Source: Tubiluchus corallicola (lineage: Eukaryota > Animalia > Priapulida). Taken from it: a stretch of DNA of 64,000 nucleotides. Positions 1 to 11,963 of the stretch are shown piece after piece. Both the position numbers and the translations under genes were made by a program. A model generated the notes under the pieces. The model did not search any database. It was given only the letters and a program-made list of their open reading frames with translations, and had not been told where the DNA came from. The stretch's first letter is position 1. Each line of letters begins with the position of its first letter. The stretch lies in NCBI GenBank assembly GCA_030141605.1, contig JAQGDQ010000060.1, positions 310,001 to 374,000 on the forward strand, written 5' to 3'.

Positions 1-3000
1 GTATCCACGGAAGCCGTTGCTAGCACATTTGTTTAACCTTTCCGAAGTTTCACGAACAAAATGTTTTCGGAAAAAGTGCAACTTCGGCTCCCGATTTCAT
101 TAGGAAGGAAGCCATGAAATTTAGTAAAATTACTGTCAAATTTTCACTTACAGTTAGATATTTTAATTAAACAAAACTTGTTTTTACGTTAAATTTGACC
201 TTTAAGTCTAATACAAATTCTCATTTAATGTTATAATTATCTTATCTACCTGCAGTGTTTGTTTTATGATAATCAATAACCCTCTTCTTATAACTGTCCT
301 TCTTTGCCACATTACAAACCATTAAGTTTTTAATACTGAGTTCTTTCTGTTCTTTTCTTGCTGGTATTATGTATGCCTATTACCTAACAAAACATTTCTA
401 AATTTCTCTTCTGTTGCTGCTTGATGCTGTGTCTTACTATCTCATGTTCGTTTTATTTGTAATATCTAACATCGCTAATCAGTTTTCATCATAACGCACC
501 TGGGTACCAACTACACCTGGTGTTTTTATTAGATTTACGACACCAGGTGAACCACGTACACCGTAAGAAATCTTAACTGAGTTGCGTAATTTATGGCAGT
601 AGTGATTAAAGATGCTATGATTAATCTCATATGTAATACAATAATTAGAGGTGTCATTTAATTACGCTATTTTTTAATTATGGCTTATAACTTACTAATG
701 TGGTAGTTTAACTGCTGTAGTACCCGCTTGCTGAAATAAATAACCTGTACTGCTACTAAACATTTTTTATTAGTTTCCGGTAAGACAAAAAGCAGAAATA
801 AGGTACGTAGAGTTACTTTTTGTTTGGTTTTTGCAGATACCTGTGGGTAAGTGAATTGCGTCGCCGGGATACCATGGATAGAGGCTGGCATTTGACCAGA
901 GAATTTGATGGATGGTTTTGTGAACTGCTTAGCTCTCTGATGGCTCTGATGGCTGTATTTATTCCACTTTGGTATGTGGACTGATCGCTGTGGAGAATTG
1001 GACTTAATAGTACTAGGTTTTGGTGTGGCGGTTGTAACACGTGACCACAATTTAAATGACAAACTTATATTGTATTCTGCAATAGAACTGACTTTTTTAG
1101 TAGCCCATTGAAAAGTTTCATTATCGTGAAACTGTACAAGCAAATTTAACATTGTAAATATTATAATTAAATTTCTATTTGTTTGCTAAATAATAAAATT
1201 GTAATTATTTAGGTACGATACTACAGTTCACTGTAATTTGCTAATCCTTGCCAGCTTGTTGTTGATGTGTTAAGAATCGTCCAGCGACATTTTGGTTTTC
1301 GCATAATAAATTAGCATAAAATTGTAGAAATGTTGACTTTTGTAGAAGCTGTGTAAGTGAACATGTACTCTTGTTTTGTTAAATTGGACCTCAAACTAAC
1401 GAAGACTATTTTTCATACATGGCTGAAAGTTACATGTACTTAGTTTCGAACTAAGTATTTCCGAAGTGTTTTTTTTATTTTGCAAATTCTTGTGTGTAAC
1501 ATTCCTGCTTTGGCAAAAACAGTTTGCCTGATATCTATTTGCTCAATTTGATGACAGTTTTTTACTTTTTGCCTCACTAGGTGGAGCAAGTGTTTTGATA
1601 GATGTTAATAATCGTGTATTGGTGAGGTAATTTTTGTATAATAACTGAATATGTCAGTTGAACTGTTTTTTGTAATACATGTGTAGAATGGCTGTTCCCA
1701 GCCGTATAGTGAACATTTGTGCCTGTGATTTTTTCTATAAGTACGCAATTTTGACATGTCTCCCACGCTGCTGCTTCAATTTTTAAAGCCCATTGTGCAG
1801 CATATTCGTTGAGTATAATGTCCAATATGTTTGCGTACTGCAGGATGATGTTCGTGTCGCCATCTGCAGTACGATACTTGTGCCGCCATCTACAGAAATA
1901 TTATTGCACTAATAGTGACAAGTGTAGTTACACTGCTCACATACATTTTGACAGCTATTTAATGACATAATCATTTAACTATAAATAGATGATTTAATTA
2001 AAAAATACTTTACTAATATATTTTTACTTCGATGATACCTTGCTTGTTTGTTCTAATTAATTATTGTAGGTTGTTATTAATTCGTCTCTATTGTTGTTTT
2101 TCATGAAAACTCTGCTTAATACGGTTCGTTATAAGAGCTAGTATTTAACGTTTAGCGGACGTTCATGACGGATTGGAAGCTGTTGTTAACAGGAATAAAA
2201 ATGTTAAAAAGTAAATTTAGTGTAGATTTTTTTATTTATTTGTATGACAAATAGTTTTAGTGGCTTCTATTTCGGACCATTGAATAGTCCCAGCTTTTTA
2301 ACCAAGCATCGTCTATCCCTATCCCAAGCATGTGCCCTATCCGAGATGCCTAACATGCAAATACTGTGTGCCACGTGCTACAATTTTCGACCTTTTCGGT
2401 GTTATGACTGGAACTGACTGTGTGTGTGTGCGTGAGTGCGTGCGTGTGTATATCCTATGGTGACCTTGACCCTTTGACCGATACACATCTTTTTGTTTAG
2501 ATTGTACTTTTTTCTGTGGTGATTTTTTTAAGTAAATTTTAATGTATCTTATGAAGTTTAAATGTATTTTATTCTTCAGCGTCCTGAGATTTTAAATAAT
2601 ATAGTGCAGTAAGCACTATGCAAATAAACTTTACAGCTAAATAAAAGAAAGCTGCTGTCTGCTGCATAATAACCGTCCACACGGTCGTTCAAAATACTGT
2701 CATTCACGAGTCATATGGACGCCTAGAATGGCAGTGAAATTTAAATACCCAAGCTTCTAGTTTTTGAAGCAAAGGTGACGCGTAATGGACGTGCGGTTTG
2801 ATCGTGTGATCTTTAGCAGGTGGTACATGTGTCTGTGTGTGTGTGGGGGGGGGGGGGGTCACATGCAGGTGAACAGAGTGTTCAACAATGTGTGCTTACG
2901 TGGAACCACTCACCGAAGTAAGTAATACCTTTCATTTGTGAAAAATAAGCCACATTTCAGATTAAGATGTTCATACACCATCCATGAATGAACAAATTTA

Positions 3001-3291
3001 CAGAAATGATTTAGAAACGAAATGAGTTACCAGGGTGAGCCCTGAAGGCTAGTTTTGATCCCTACTTCCGTCACCGATCTAAGCACTGACCAGTAACTGG
3101 TCAACCTAAACTTTATCAGCGCCGGCTTTACCAGTAGGCAAACTTGGCAGTTTCTATTCTTACAGAATGGGCGCTTCCGTTTAAAAAATCTTACAATAAC
3201 GCTTATTTAACTATGGCAGATGAAACCTATAAGAATCGAAGTCTTCAGGGCGGAATACAGGAAACGAAAGGTAAAAAAACTAGGATGTTAT

Positions 3292-3705
3292 CAGTGGCGG
3301 ATTTAGGGGGTGGACCCAAGGGACCTGGGCCCTCCCTTGCAGTAACTGTTACAACACGCCAAATTAATATTTTCTCTGAATTATAAGCATTAGAACGATT
3401 TGCTAAATGCTAAAGGTGCCTTATATCTGTAAAAATCATATCACAAGAAAACAGATGAAAGTTACGTACATCATACATGCTGTATAGTGTCTATCAAGAT
3501 ATTGGTATGTATTTTTGAGTCGAAGGTGAGGTGACACCTGTCCTAAACTAGTGAGCTTCCTAGAGATGGTTTCTAGAAAGCAGGAAAGTGGTCTAAAATG
3601 CTTTGTTGTTCGGGTGGACCTCGCAGGGGAGCTTACACCACCCCATAACCTCTAACTGCTTTTCTGTTGGGCCCACCGTTGTTCTAAAACCTGTATCCGC
3701 CCTTG
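3292..3705. mobile_element. Non-autonomous hAT-like MITE
   Basis: Imperfect terminal inverted repeats: cagtggcggattta (3292) and cctgtatccgcccttg (ends 3705), with G/C-rich subtermini. No clean TSD. Confidence 0.5.
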
Positions 3706-4502
3706 GTTATATAGAATACAATGAGGTCATAAATTCAATTTCAAAAATTAATTCAATAAGAACAAACTGTAGATAGGTAATTGACTACACTTAATTAGTA
3801 TACTATTCATGCACAAGCCTAATACACAGGTACCATTACAGTTCATTATAATATTATACAAGAAACATTCAATGTTGGGGCCATGGGGGTGGGGACCGCG
3901 AGGGAAGAGGTTGACAGTTGAGGAGGGGCGCTAAAATTACTTTTGTCTAGAGCGTCAAACTTCTTAGGAGCCGGCTCTGCTCGAAGCGTATTTTTTTCGA
4001 AGCCCTGAAAGAGCCAACATGTCAAAGTTTCATTTTTCTTACCATTGGATGGCGCTACATGCTTTCCATAGGACAGTTCAAACGGTTTACAGCCGTTGTA
4101 TCATGTATCATTTCTCGCACTGTGGTTTTAGGGTTGTCGTGGATCTTTAGTAGGCCAATAATAAAATATCCAACATGGCAAATAACGTTTCTAAATTTGT
4201 AAAAACTAAAAAGTACATTTAGCAGTAGTGCCATGAAATGTCCAACATTCTGATTTCTGATCCGCATCAACCTCATTGCTACTGTGTTCTTCCGCTATAT
4301 AGTTCTGTTATGAATTTATTTTAGAATGTTAAATCATTCATTAGGAAATGAAATTGAAATCAATTAATGAATAATTGCAGTCGTGTATTTTGGATTAACG
4401 ATTGTAAACGCAACACGCGTAGATCTATTTGAATATTGTTATTGTCAAACAGTCTAATTATAAAAATTTAGTATATAATTACGTAATATCATGTAATGTG
4501 TA

Positions 4503-5030
4503 TCAATCATCCAGCGACATTACACTTTCTACCTTGTACCGCCAAATGGTACGTTCTTTTGCCACTCTCCATGATGAAGTATCTTTCAAAACTGAAAATG
4601 TTCCGTAACTTTCACTGAGGTCTTTTTGCGTAAAATCTATCCATGTGAACAATCTGCCTCCCCTTGGCGTTTTATATGGTTGAGTTGATTCGTGGAAAGC
4701 TTTAATAAGTTGCCTGTTTGCTGGTAATCTCAGAGCAAAACCACTAAGTCTTCTGCATTTCGTCTTCTGGTCCATTTTTCTTCCTTGACTTTGTCGTACA
4801 AATAATTGTTACTTAGAATATTTGGCCATTTTATCTCACACACGGCTCACGCATCATTGATTCCATTTCTGAAGTCGCACACTCTCTGACATGACTTTGT
4901 AATCATTTTAGATCATGTTGCCCTGTCACCCGCAACTTCCCATGTCTTTGCATAGACACTCACACTTCTTCTTTCTTCTTCAAAATCTCATTCCACCTGT
5001 TCTAGGCATTGAGGTATCAACATTTATCAG
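4503..5030 (-). mobile_element. Degenerate LINE (RTE-like) ORF2 3' relics
   Basis: Minus strand reads IKWPNILSNNYLY...RRLS.FALRLP...PRGGRLFTW...KDL...AKERTIWR, typical of the post-RT C-terminus of RTE-type LINEs, with frameshifts. A second tail (TWEVAGDRAT) lies at about 4915-4950. Confidence 0.6.
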
Positions 5031-5115
5031 AGTATTCCACCCTCTTCCATCTGCAGCTATCAGCGTGAGTGACAGTAATAGACACTCACACGCGACTGCT
5101 CATTTCAAAACATTT

Positions 5116-5153
5116 GTTTCTAGAGACGCAAATGCCATTTGTCTCCTAGAAAC
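5116..5153. promoter_or_regulatory. Two RFX X-box-like motifs upstream of the WD40 gene
   Basis: GTTTCTAGAGAC (5116-5127) and GTCTCCTAGAAAC (5141-5153) resemble GTNRCC(N0-3)RGYAAC and lie 150-190 bp upstream of the ATG. Confidence 0.4.
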
Positions 5154-5304
5154 AAGCCTGTTCAACTATTATGATGCGCATGTCGATGATGTCATCAACA
5201 AATGTTCTTGTTGAAGTGCCTATGTATAAAATATTGAAATAAAGGGGTGAGCTTTTATAATAGACATTTGACTACAAGACCATTGCGTTGATTAACTTCA
5301 CATC

Positions 5305-8300
5305 ATGGAACCCGTAAGGTCTTCTAGAACCAGTAGGAAATTTAGTAAATTCAAGCGTGGCAGCCTTATACGTAAGCGCAGCAGCAGGGGCCATCAGGAA
5401 ACCTACGCTGTGAGAATTAGTTATGGATTTCATACTCAGCGATGCTTCACTACCAATGGTGACATTCCATGCGCGACAGTAATAGACGCAAACGAACTAT
5501 ATGCCTACCTGGTGCCAAACTTGATTGACTCAGGTCCTGCTATAACTAGGTGTGTCTTCCGCAAACATGAAAAAGAGATGCTTGCATGTGACCATTATCA
5601 GGTGGAAAGTCCAGCCAGTAAAATGATATATATAGATAAACTGAAGTCTTTGGTTTGCTACTGCAGCGACTTGTCCCTGCGGGCTTACAAACTTGATGCG
5701 GAAAGCCAACTTGTAGATGTTGCAAAAGTTAGCTGTTTCAATGTCATTACGTGCTTAGCTTTTAACGAGAAAACGAACGAAATCCTAACTGGTGGCATTG
5801 GATGCGTTCTGTTGTGGCAGCTGCCTATGCTGATTCCAGCACCTGACTTGGAAGTACCCTTAGAAGAGAGCGACTGTGTTTGTCACTTGGAAATTGACCC
5901 CCCGTCTCATCGAGTTTATGTTCTATGTGATGTTACATTGTACATTGTCAGTTATAAACAAAAAGGGATAACCACTCGTGTACCTCTGAATTGCAAGGTT
6001 TCCCTGACATGTGCTGCTTTTCATTTGATAAATCAAGTTTTTGTAGGTGGTTTCAAGGATGGCATTATCAGAATGTGGAGCTCTGCAAAGTTTAACTTAA
6101 TGCAGACTTTCACGGGACACACAGACAAAATAACAGCCCTGCAGATAGTTTCATGTGGACAGCAGTTATTATTATATTCTTCCTCAATGGATGGTTCCAT
6201 TCGGGCTTGGAAGTTTGACACATTTCAGTGCACACAGAGCTTCAGCATTGGCAAGGAAATAGTTGGACTAGGTGTTCTGAAAAACAGTGACATATACTGC
6301 TGGTTTGATAATAATCTCACAGAAATGCGGTTTACGAGTCTACATAACGTTCTGTGTACTATGAAATCGAAAATTCTGATACTCAGATGTGTTAGATCAC
6401 GCCATGGACCACTGATTATTCTAGTGACAAGCGACCGGGTAGTGAGGGTAATCTCGCCAAAAACTGGTTTGTTAAAAACTGCAATTTATCCAACTTGTAA
6501 ACTGCTGGTTGCTTCACAAATTGAGTACTTTGCCAAAGAAGACACCATCTATGCTGTCGAGGAGAAATCCGGCAAAGTTTCAGTTTTTGCCACTAACAGT
6601 AATCCGTGTAAGTTGAGTCACTGCTTAAAGCCTGAAACTCGTGGTACAGAAATTCTTTGTATAGCACTGGCAGATCTATCTTTTATCCAAGATGAAAAGC
6701 CAATGACAGAATCTTTGTTATTAGCTGGACACTCCAATGGTCAAATTTCGGTTATCAAATCAATAGCCATAAATCCAAACATCATTCAAGCCCACAACAG
6801 TCAAATACTACAAATTAAAGTGGCAATATCAGAATCTGCATCGATGGACACTTTGCCAATGGCAGCATCTTTTGCTGTTGACCAGACGCTCAAAATATGG
6901 TCCCTAAAAGTGTCCAATGAAGACTTTGCCCTCGAAATGACTTGTATCCGAAACATTAACTTAAACTATCCTCCACAAAATATGAGTTTTTTGAGTGATA
7001 CTGTATGTGTGATCACACACCAGAAGAACCGTGACCTTACAGAAATGCACCATTTCACACAACTTGACCAGAAAGCCAAAAGCCTTTCAAAAGTCCACAA
7101 ATGGTTTGCTGCCGACCTAGAAGTACAGCACGTTGGAAAAATTACTGGTTTGTCAGCTTCTGGTGTGCTTAAGCTGTTTGCAACGACTGGTACTGATGGT
7201 TTACTAAAAGTATGGGCTAACACTGGTAATCTGATAAGAGAAATATGTTTTGACCCCAGCTTGCGAGGCATTTGCTTTTTTAGTCCCCATGGTGACATTC
7301 TCGTAGGATTTCAACAACAAGTTTGTCACATACCTCCTGAAAACTATTTACCACCGTCCTACATGAATAAAGTATTTAGCACTCGTGGATCATTAGAGTC
7401 ATTGAGTGGCGCACAGACTTCTGGCATTGTGCCACTGTGGACCAACATCGTCCAAAAATCACGACCTGATCTTGATATCAGCGACAGTAAAACGAAATGC
7501 AAAAAGTATAGCCAGCTTGGTCTAATACGTGACGACGGCAAAAGTGATATTTCTGGAGCTGACAGAAGTCAAATTGTAGAGAGACAGGCTACCAAATTTG
7601 TAGATGCTGTCACCAGAGAATGCGATGACAATAACGAATTAAAAAAATCACGCCGCTTGGCACAAATGAAGCATCGCAACACAAGAATTATACAAAACTT
7701 TGAAGTACGAACTGATAACCTGATACGCACGGAAAGTGTGGTTATAAAGTTGGCATACTATCCCTTATATAAAGCTAACTACATCATTATTATACCGTTT
7801 TTTGGTTACATACCAAACTCGATTGTGCGAGACCTGATGAACATTCGCTACAAATTTGTAACTCCATTTTGCTCCACACCGCAAGTTCGACCACAGGACA
7901 CTGAAGCAGCAGCAACAATAAAGAAACACAGCTGCACTTGTTATGGAACACCGTTTCCATTACGCAACTGGCAAGGGGAAAAAACCGATGAAATAAAACA
8001 GGTAGCATCAGAGGCAAAGCATAGTGTTGATCTTGGCGTGCGTGAAGCCATGGCAAAGCATTTTCTACCAAAGCAACATGTTTCTGCTCAGCGTAAGTTG
8101 CAGAAGACAGACGGTTTGGAGAAGTTTGGACAAAAGTCATCGAGAAGAACTTCAAGAGCAAAGAGGCGTTTATCAACAAAAAAGCAAGTGAGAGGAAGGC
8201 CATCTCACGATCTGGATGCAAGTAAATTTCTTATATCTCTAGATAAAGCAAAGGAGCTCATGCCTAGCAGAGTCACAGCAAAGGAAAAACGCGAAAAAAG

Positions 8301-11025
8301 TGAAGACAAACAGGAAAAAGTACATCCAATCATTGCACAAATTTTAAAAGAACGCTGGTTTCCTGGCCTCAGGCGAGCCAATGTGGAAAATGTCATAAAG
8401 ACTTTCTTAACAATTATGGACTTTTGTGATGAAAAACAGTTAAGAACTATGTTTGGATATATTGTAAAATTGCATGACGAACTATCGTTTGATCCAGTGC
8501 TTTCTGAATCTCTGGTTGAAAAACTTTTTTTATTTTTGGAACACAAGCGCACTACGGTAAGGCAATTAACGGCAGCTACTCTGGAATCTCTTGGCATCAA
8601 AAGACCAGATTTCAGAAAGACTAAAAGCTATGAAGGCACTAACACCCGAGAAACTCTGGAGTTACTTCAACAAGAACCATGGTTTGGTGGAGTAGAAGAA
8701 ATAACCATTGAGGAAGCAGCAAAAAGACTTCTGACACTTCTAGATGGTTGCAAAACTACAACGCACACAAAAATATGTGAATACATTATTCAGCTGCGTA
8801 AAGAATTTATTGCTGCTTCAGATTTGGGTAACATGCTTCAAAAGAAATTAATTAACGACATTCAGAATCTGGGTAAACGGAAAATGGCATCATCTGCGCT
8901 CCAGGCACTTGGCTTTGTAACTCATCAGTTCCATGGTGCCTCGTTTGTACGAAAAGGATCTGATAGACTACCATATCTTTTCAAAGAAATTTCAAAGCAA
9001 AAATGGTTTCCCGACAAAAAAGATTTAACAACAGATGTAGTTGTGAAGGCGATTCTTGATGTCATTGACAACTCTGATGATGTCGCACATACTGGCATCT
9101 ACAACTACCTTGCGAGGCTGCATACAGAAGTTGGCATTAGCCCTACACTTCTTAATGAAGTGATTGACAAATTAATTCAACAGCTAAGCCACGAAGATCA
9201 GGTTATAAAATGGACAGCTGCTGCTACATTGGAGACGCTTGCATGCAAAGACAACGAAACTGTGATCAGAAGTTTGCTTCCTCTAACCATCGATGATAAT
9301 ACGGCTATTCGAGATTGTGCAACAGATGTGCTAAAAAAGCTAGGAAAGATTGAGGATAAGTTAGCACTGCGCAATCTTTTAGAGTCTATGGGTTTGATAG
9401 TGGCCGATGATTCAACAGATGAGAAAAATCTAGAAGACTTACGAGAAAGACATGCTAAACCACTCGCAAAACCAACAAAGCAAGATTCAACAGATGAGAA
9501 AAATCTAGAAGACTTACGAGAAAGACATGCAAAACCACTCGCAAAACCAACAAAGCAAGATTCATTCACGAGCTCTGATACTCGACGGATCGTTAAAACA
9601 GAATTAGTATCTGAACCTAAAAAAGACTTTGCAGGAATAGTCCCATCAACTCCCGAACTTCCACCCGAGCTTAAAGCTAGCAAAGGCACAGAATATGAAC
9701 CCATAGATCGGGTATATGAGCAACGTATCACTCCGCCAAGCAAACCCACTGATCTGGCATACGAACAAAGCATCTGTCAACCAAGTAAAGAACTTCAAGG
9801 AGAACCTTTTGTTCGTTCTAGTGCTGTGCAAATTGATGACATTCCTCTAACAAAAAGTCCGCATATTCTAGAAGAGAGCGATACTTTCCTATCTGATGAA
9901 ACTGCGCAAATCTTGCCGTCACCTGCTTCTGTTCCCTACAAAACCACAAAAGGTTTCACTACGGCAGCTGGTGAACTCCTGTCTCCTTCTGGTTCAATGG
10001 TCAAAATGCTGCCAGATTCTGAAACTATATCTTTACCAGACATAATGCCTAAACAACTGTTAGTTGCCAGTCCCAGTCTTTTGTCAGATGCTGATCAAAC
10101 CCTAGATTTCCTCATGCAGCCAGAGGATCTTAAGGTAGAGGATAAGACAGAAAAACATCAAAAGAAGGCGTTAGAATTGCCAACTATAAGTAGACGGTTA
10201 TATGGATTCCATGGAAAACAAAGATGTCACTTGGGACAAAAACCTGCGGAACCTGCACAGCTGTTGTTTGGTGCAATTTCAACCGCAGGCGATGCACCAT
10301 GGTCACAAGACAATGTTGAGTTTGAAAGCAAAATTTCTGAGCCCTTAGAGGAATTATCCCCAAAGATATCGCATAGAGTTTCATTAGAGAAGCCCTCCTT
10401 GAAAAAATCAAGTAGAATTTCACGTGAACGATATTTGTTGAAGGAATCACGTGTCGCTTCAGAAAAATTTTCCCAAAAGAAACTCAGGCAAGGTTTAGCA
10501 AAGGTACCTTTCACGGAAAAAAGGAGTTTTGTAATTGAATCACCAAGCAACGAGAAGAGAAAAGAAGATATACAAAAAAGGGAAACCCAAAAAGAAGTGC
10601 TCAAAAGACCCTCTCCAGACACTAGTAGTATGGATGGTGAGGCGAAAAATTTCTTTGAGCTACCAGAAATCCGAGAAAATGTCAGACTTCGAGTGGCATA
10701 TAAAAGAAAAAAGCGAGCTGCCCTATTGGGCAATGAAAAGAAATATGAGAAGGGCCCGAAATCTATACAATGCACGTACAAATACAGCAGTACGACACCG
10801 TATGCCAGTGAACCAGGCCTAAGAATTCTTCAGTCAGTAACTTGCAATAAAGCAAAAGATATAATAGGCCAAAAGGAAGAGAAGGAATCTATATTTGTTA
10901 CACCTCTCCCGAGCCAATGCAATATCAATACTCCAAATGTGCATACAGGATTATATAAATGTGGTACTTTTGATATGAAATGGGTAACTTTATTAGTCGG
11001 TTCAGAAGACAACGGCAATTGTTAA
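5305..11025 (+). CDS. WDR87: WD repeat-containing protein, WDR87/WDR97-like (N-terminal WD40 propellers, HEAT-like helical repeats, low-complexity C-terminus); single exon
   Basis: Uninterrupted 1906-codon ORF. It has several WD40 repeats (GHTDKITAL...SSSMDGSIRAWKF; HVGKITGL...TTGTDGLLKVW), a GICFFSPHGDILVGF...NYLP segment and a GYIPNSIVR motif that I recall from the WDR87 family, and HEAT-like helices at about 8340-9370. The CDS itself is secure; the orthology is from motif recall only. Confidence 0.85.
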   Translation: MEPVRSSRTSRKFSKFKRGSLIRKRSSRGHQETYAVRISYGFHTQRCFTTNGDIPCATVIDANELYAYLVPNLIDSGPAITRCVFRKHEKEMLACDHYQVESPASKMIYIDKLKSLVCYCSDLSLRAYKLDAESQLVDVAKVSCFNVITCLAFNEKTNEILTGGIGCVLLWQLPMLIPAPDLEVPLEESDCVCHLEIDPPSHRVYVLCDVTLYIVSYKQKGITTRVPLNCKVSLTCAAFHLINQVFVGGFKDGIIRMWSSAKFNLMQTFTGHTDKITALQIVSCGQQLLLYSSSMDGSIRAWKFDTFQCTQSFSIGKEIVGLGVLKNSDIYCWFDNNLTEMRFTSLHNVLCTMKSKILILRCVRSRHGPLIILVTSDRVVRVISPKTGLLKTAIYPTCKLLVASQIEYFAKEDTIYAVEEKSGKVSVFATNSNPCKLSHCLKPETRGTEILCIALADLSFIQDEKPMTESLLLAGHSNGQISVIKSIAINPNIIQAHNSQILQIKVAISESASMDTLPMAASFAVDQTLKIWSLKVSNEDFALEMTCIRNINLNYPPQNMSFLSDTVCVITHQKNRDLTEMHHFTQLDQKAKSLSKVHKWFAADLEVQHVGKITGLSASGVLKLFATTGTDGLLKVWANTGNLIREICFDPSLRGICFFSPHGDILVGFQQQVCHIPPENYLPPSYMNKVFSTRGSLESLSGAQTSGIVPLWTNIVQKSRPDLDISDSKTKCKKYSQLGLIRDDGKSDISGADRSQIVERQATKFVDAVTRECDDNNELKKSRRLAQMKHRNTRIIQNFEVRTDNLIRTESVVIKLAYYPLYKANYIIIIPFFGYIPNSIVRDLMNIRYKFVTPFCSTPQVRPQDTEAAATIKKHSCTCYGTPFPLRNWQGEKTDEIKQVASEAKHSVDLGVREAMAKHFLPKQHVSAQRKLQKTDGLEKFGQKSSRRTSRAKRRLSTKKQVRGRPSHDLDASKFLISLDKAKELMPSRVTAKEKREKSEDKQEKVHPIIAQILKERWFPGLRRANVENVIKTFLTIMDFCDEKQLRTMFGYIVKLHDELSFDPVLSESLVEKLFLFLEHKRTTVRQLTAATLESLGIKRPDFRKTKSYEGTNTRETLELLQQEPWFGGVEEITIEEAAKRLLTLLDGCKTTTHTKICEYIIQLRKEFIAASDLGNMLQKKLINDIQNLGKRKMASSALQALGFVTHQFHGASFVRKGSDRLPYLFKEISKQKWFPDKKDLTTDVVVKAILDVIDNSDDVAHTGIYNYLARLHTEVGISPTLLNEVIDKLIQQLSHEDQVIKWTAAATLETLACKDNETVIRSLLPLTIDDNTAIRDCATDVLKKLGKIEDKLALRNLLESMGLIVADDSTDEKNLEDLRERHAKPLAKPTKQDSTDEKNLEDLRERHAKPLAKPTKQDSFTSSDTRRIVKTELVSEPKKDFAGIVPSTPELPPELKASKGTEYEPIDRVYEQRITPPSKPTDLAYEQSICQPSKELQGEPFVRSSAVQIDDIPLTKSPHILEESDTFLSDETAQILPSPASVPYKTTKGFTTAAGELLSPSGSMVKMLPDSETISLPDIMPKQLLVASPSLLSDADQTLDFLMQPEDLKVEDKTEKHQKKALELPTISRRLYGFHGKQRCHLGQKPAEPAQLLFGAISTAGDAPWSQDNVEFESKISEPLEELSPKISHRVSLEKPSLKKSSRISRERYLLKESRVASEKFSQKKLRQGLAKVPFTEKRSFVIESPSNEKRKEDIQKRETQKEVLKRPSPDTSSMDGEAKNFFELPEIRENVRLRVAYKRKKRAALLGNEKKYEKGPKSIQCTYKYSSTTPYASEPGLRILQSVTCNKAKDIIGQKEEKESIFVTPLPSQCNINTPNVHTGLYKCGTFDMKWVTLLVGSEDNGNC
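9409..9564 (+). repeat. In-frame 75-bp tandem duplication inside the WD40 CDS
   Basis: DSTDEKNLEDLRERHAKPLAKPTKQ x2; the copies differ by one synonymous base (gct/gca). Confidence 0.95.
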
Positions 11026-11379
11026 ATTCGAAATAATAATTGTGTAATGATCTTGCTCACAAAATAACATGTTGATGAAATGTTTCTCGGTCTGTTGAGG
11101 TCCGACATGTTTGAAACAGATCCAAGTCTGTCAGATGAGCCTTGTTGCAAATCATCCCAGTTCACACACTTTCTAAGTTAACTAGAATATTTTGAGTTAA
11201 TTAGAAAAGCGTCTAGTTATCTGAAACTGTTCATTTAAATCCTAATCGCGCACGGCAAGAATGTATTCTGTCACTGTCAGCAGTAAACCATCTCAGACAA
11301 AATTTGAGGAAATTAACTGCAACTTCTACATGAACCAATTTCTTGGGTAATCTCAAAAAAACGTTTACTAGTTGACACG

Positions 11380-11963
11380 ATACTTAAAGCAAAACAAGAC
11401 CCAACGTTAAACTGTAGGCCACAGCAATCTACTCTTTAAAATATTGAAAGGAAGCACTATTTTTTAAAAAATGCCTTACGTAAAAGAATTATTACCACAC
11501 ACACAATTTCACGTTTGCACCACTAGTTCTTCGCTGTTACATGCATTTCGTAAGTTAAACGTTTGTTAGTTAAACGGGCACTAGAGCTTGCATTTCGGAA
11601 ATGCATTGCGCAAAAACAGGTGCTGTACCTCTCAATTCAGATGCGTTAGTTTTGACGAACTACTCACGTTCGACTGCTCATAGCGGCAAATTAAAACTTG
11701 CCCAGTTTTAGTACACCATATACTGTGAATATATCACAGTAGCACTGTACTTCAATTTTCGCTTTCGCAAACAGGTGCAACATGCTCGTGGACTATTTTT
11801 GCTGTAGAAAATTATATTAGTTTGTGATGTCATCAATAGTTGGGCTCGCCCGCCGTTAATTAAGTTTTCAATCTATCATTTAATTATCAGAAGCGCTTTT
11901 GCAGTATTAATTCTGTTAAAATGTATACTATTATGGGACTTGAAATATCCTGTCTTCCTTTAA
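11380..11963. mobile_element. Partial copy (right half) of the TTAA-flanked non-autonomous DNA element family
   Basis: Colinear with about 55570-56070 (tgtacctctca.ttcagatg; agtagcactgtacttcaattttcgctttc; tttgtgatgtcatcaatagttgggct). Ends in atcctgtcttcctttaa. Confidence 0.7.

Noticed and set aside
6033-11018. Antisense and alternative-frame ORFs overlapping the WD40 gene
   Set aside because: Shadow ORFs of a long coding region with no independent motifs.
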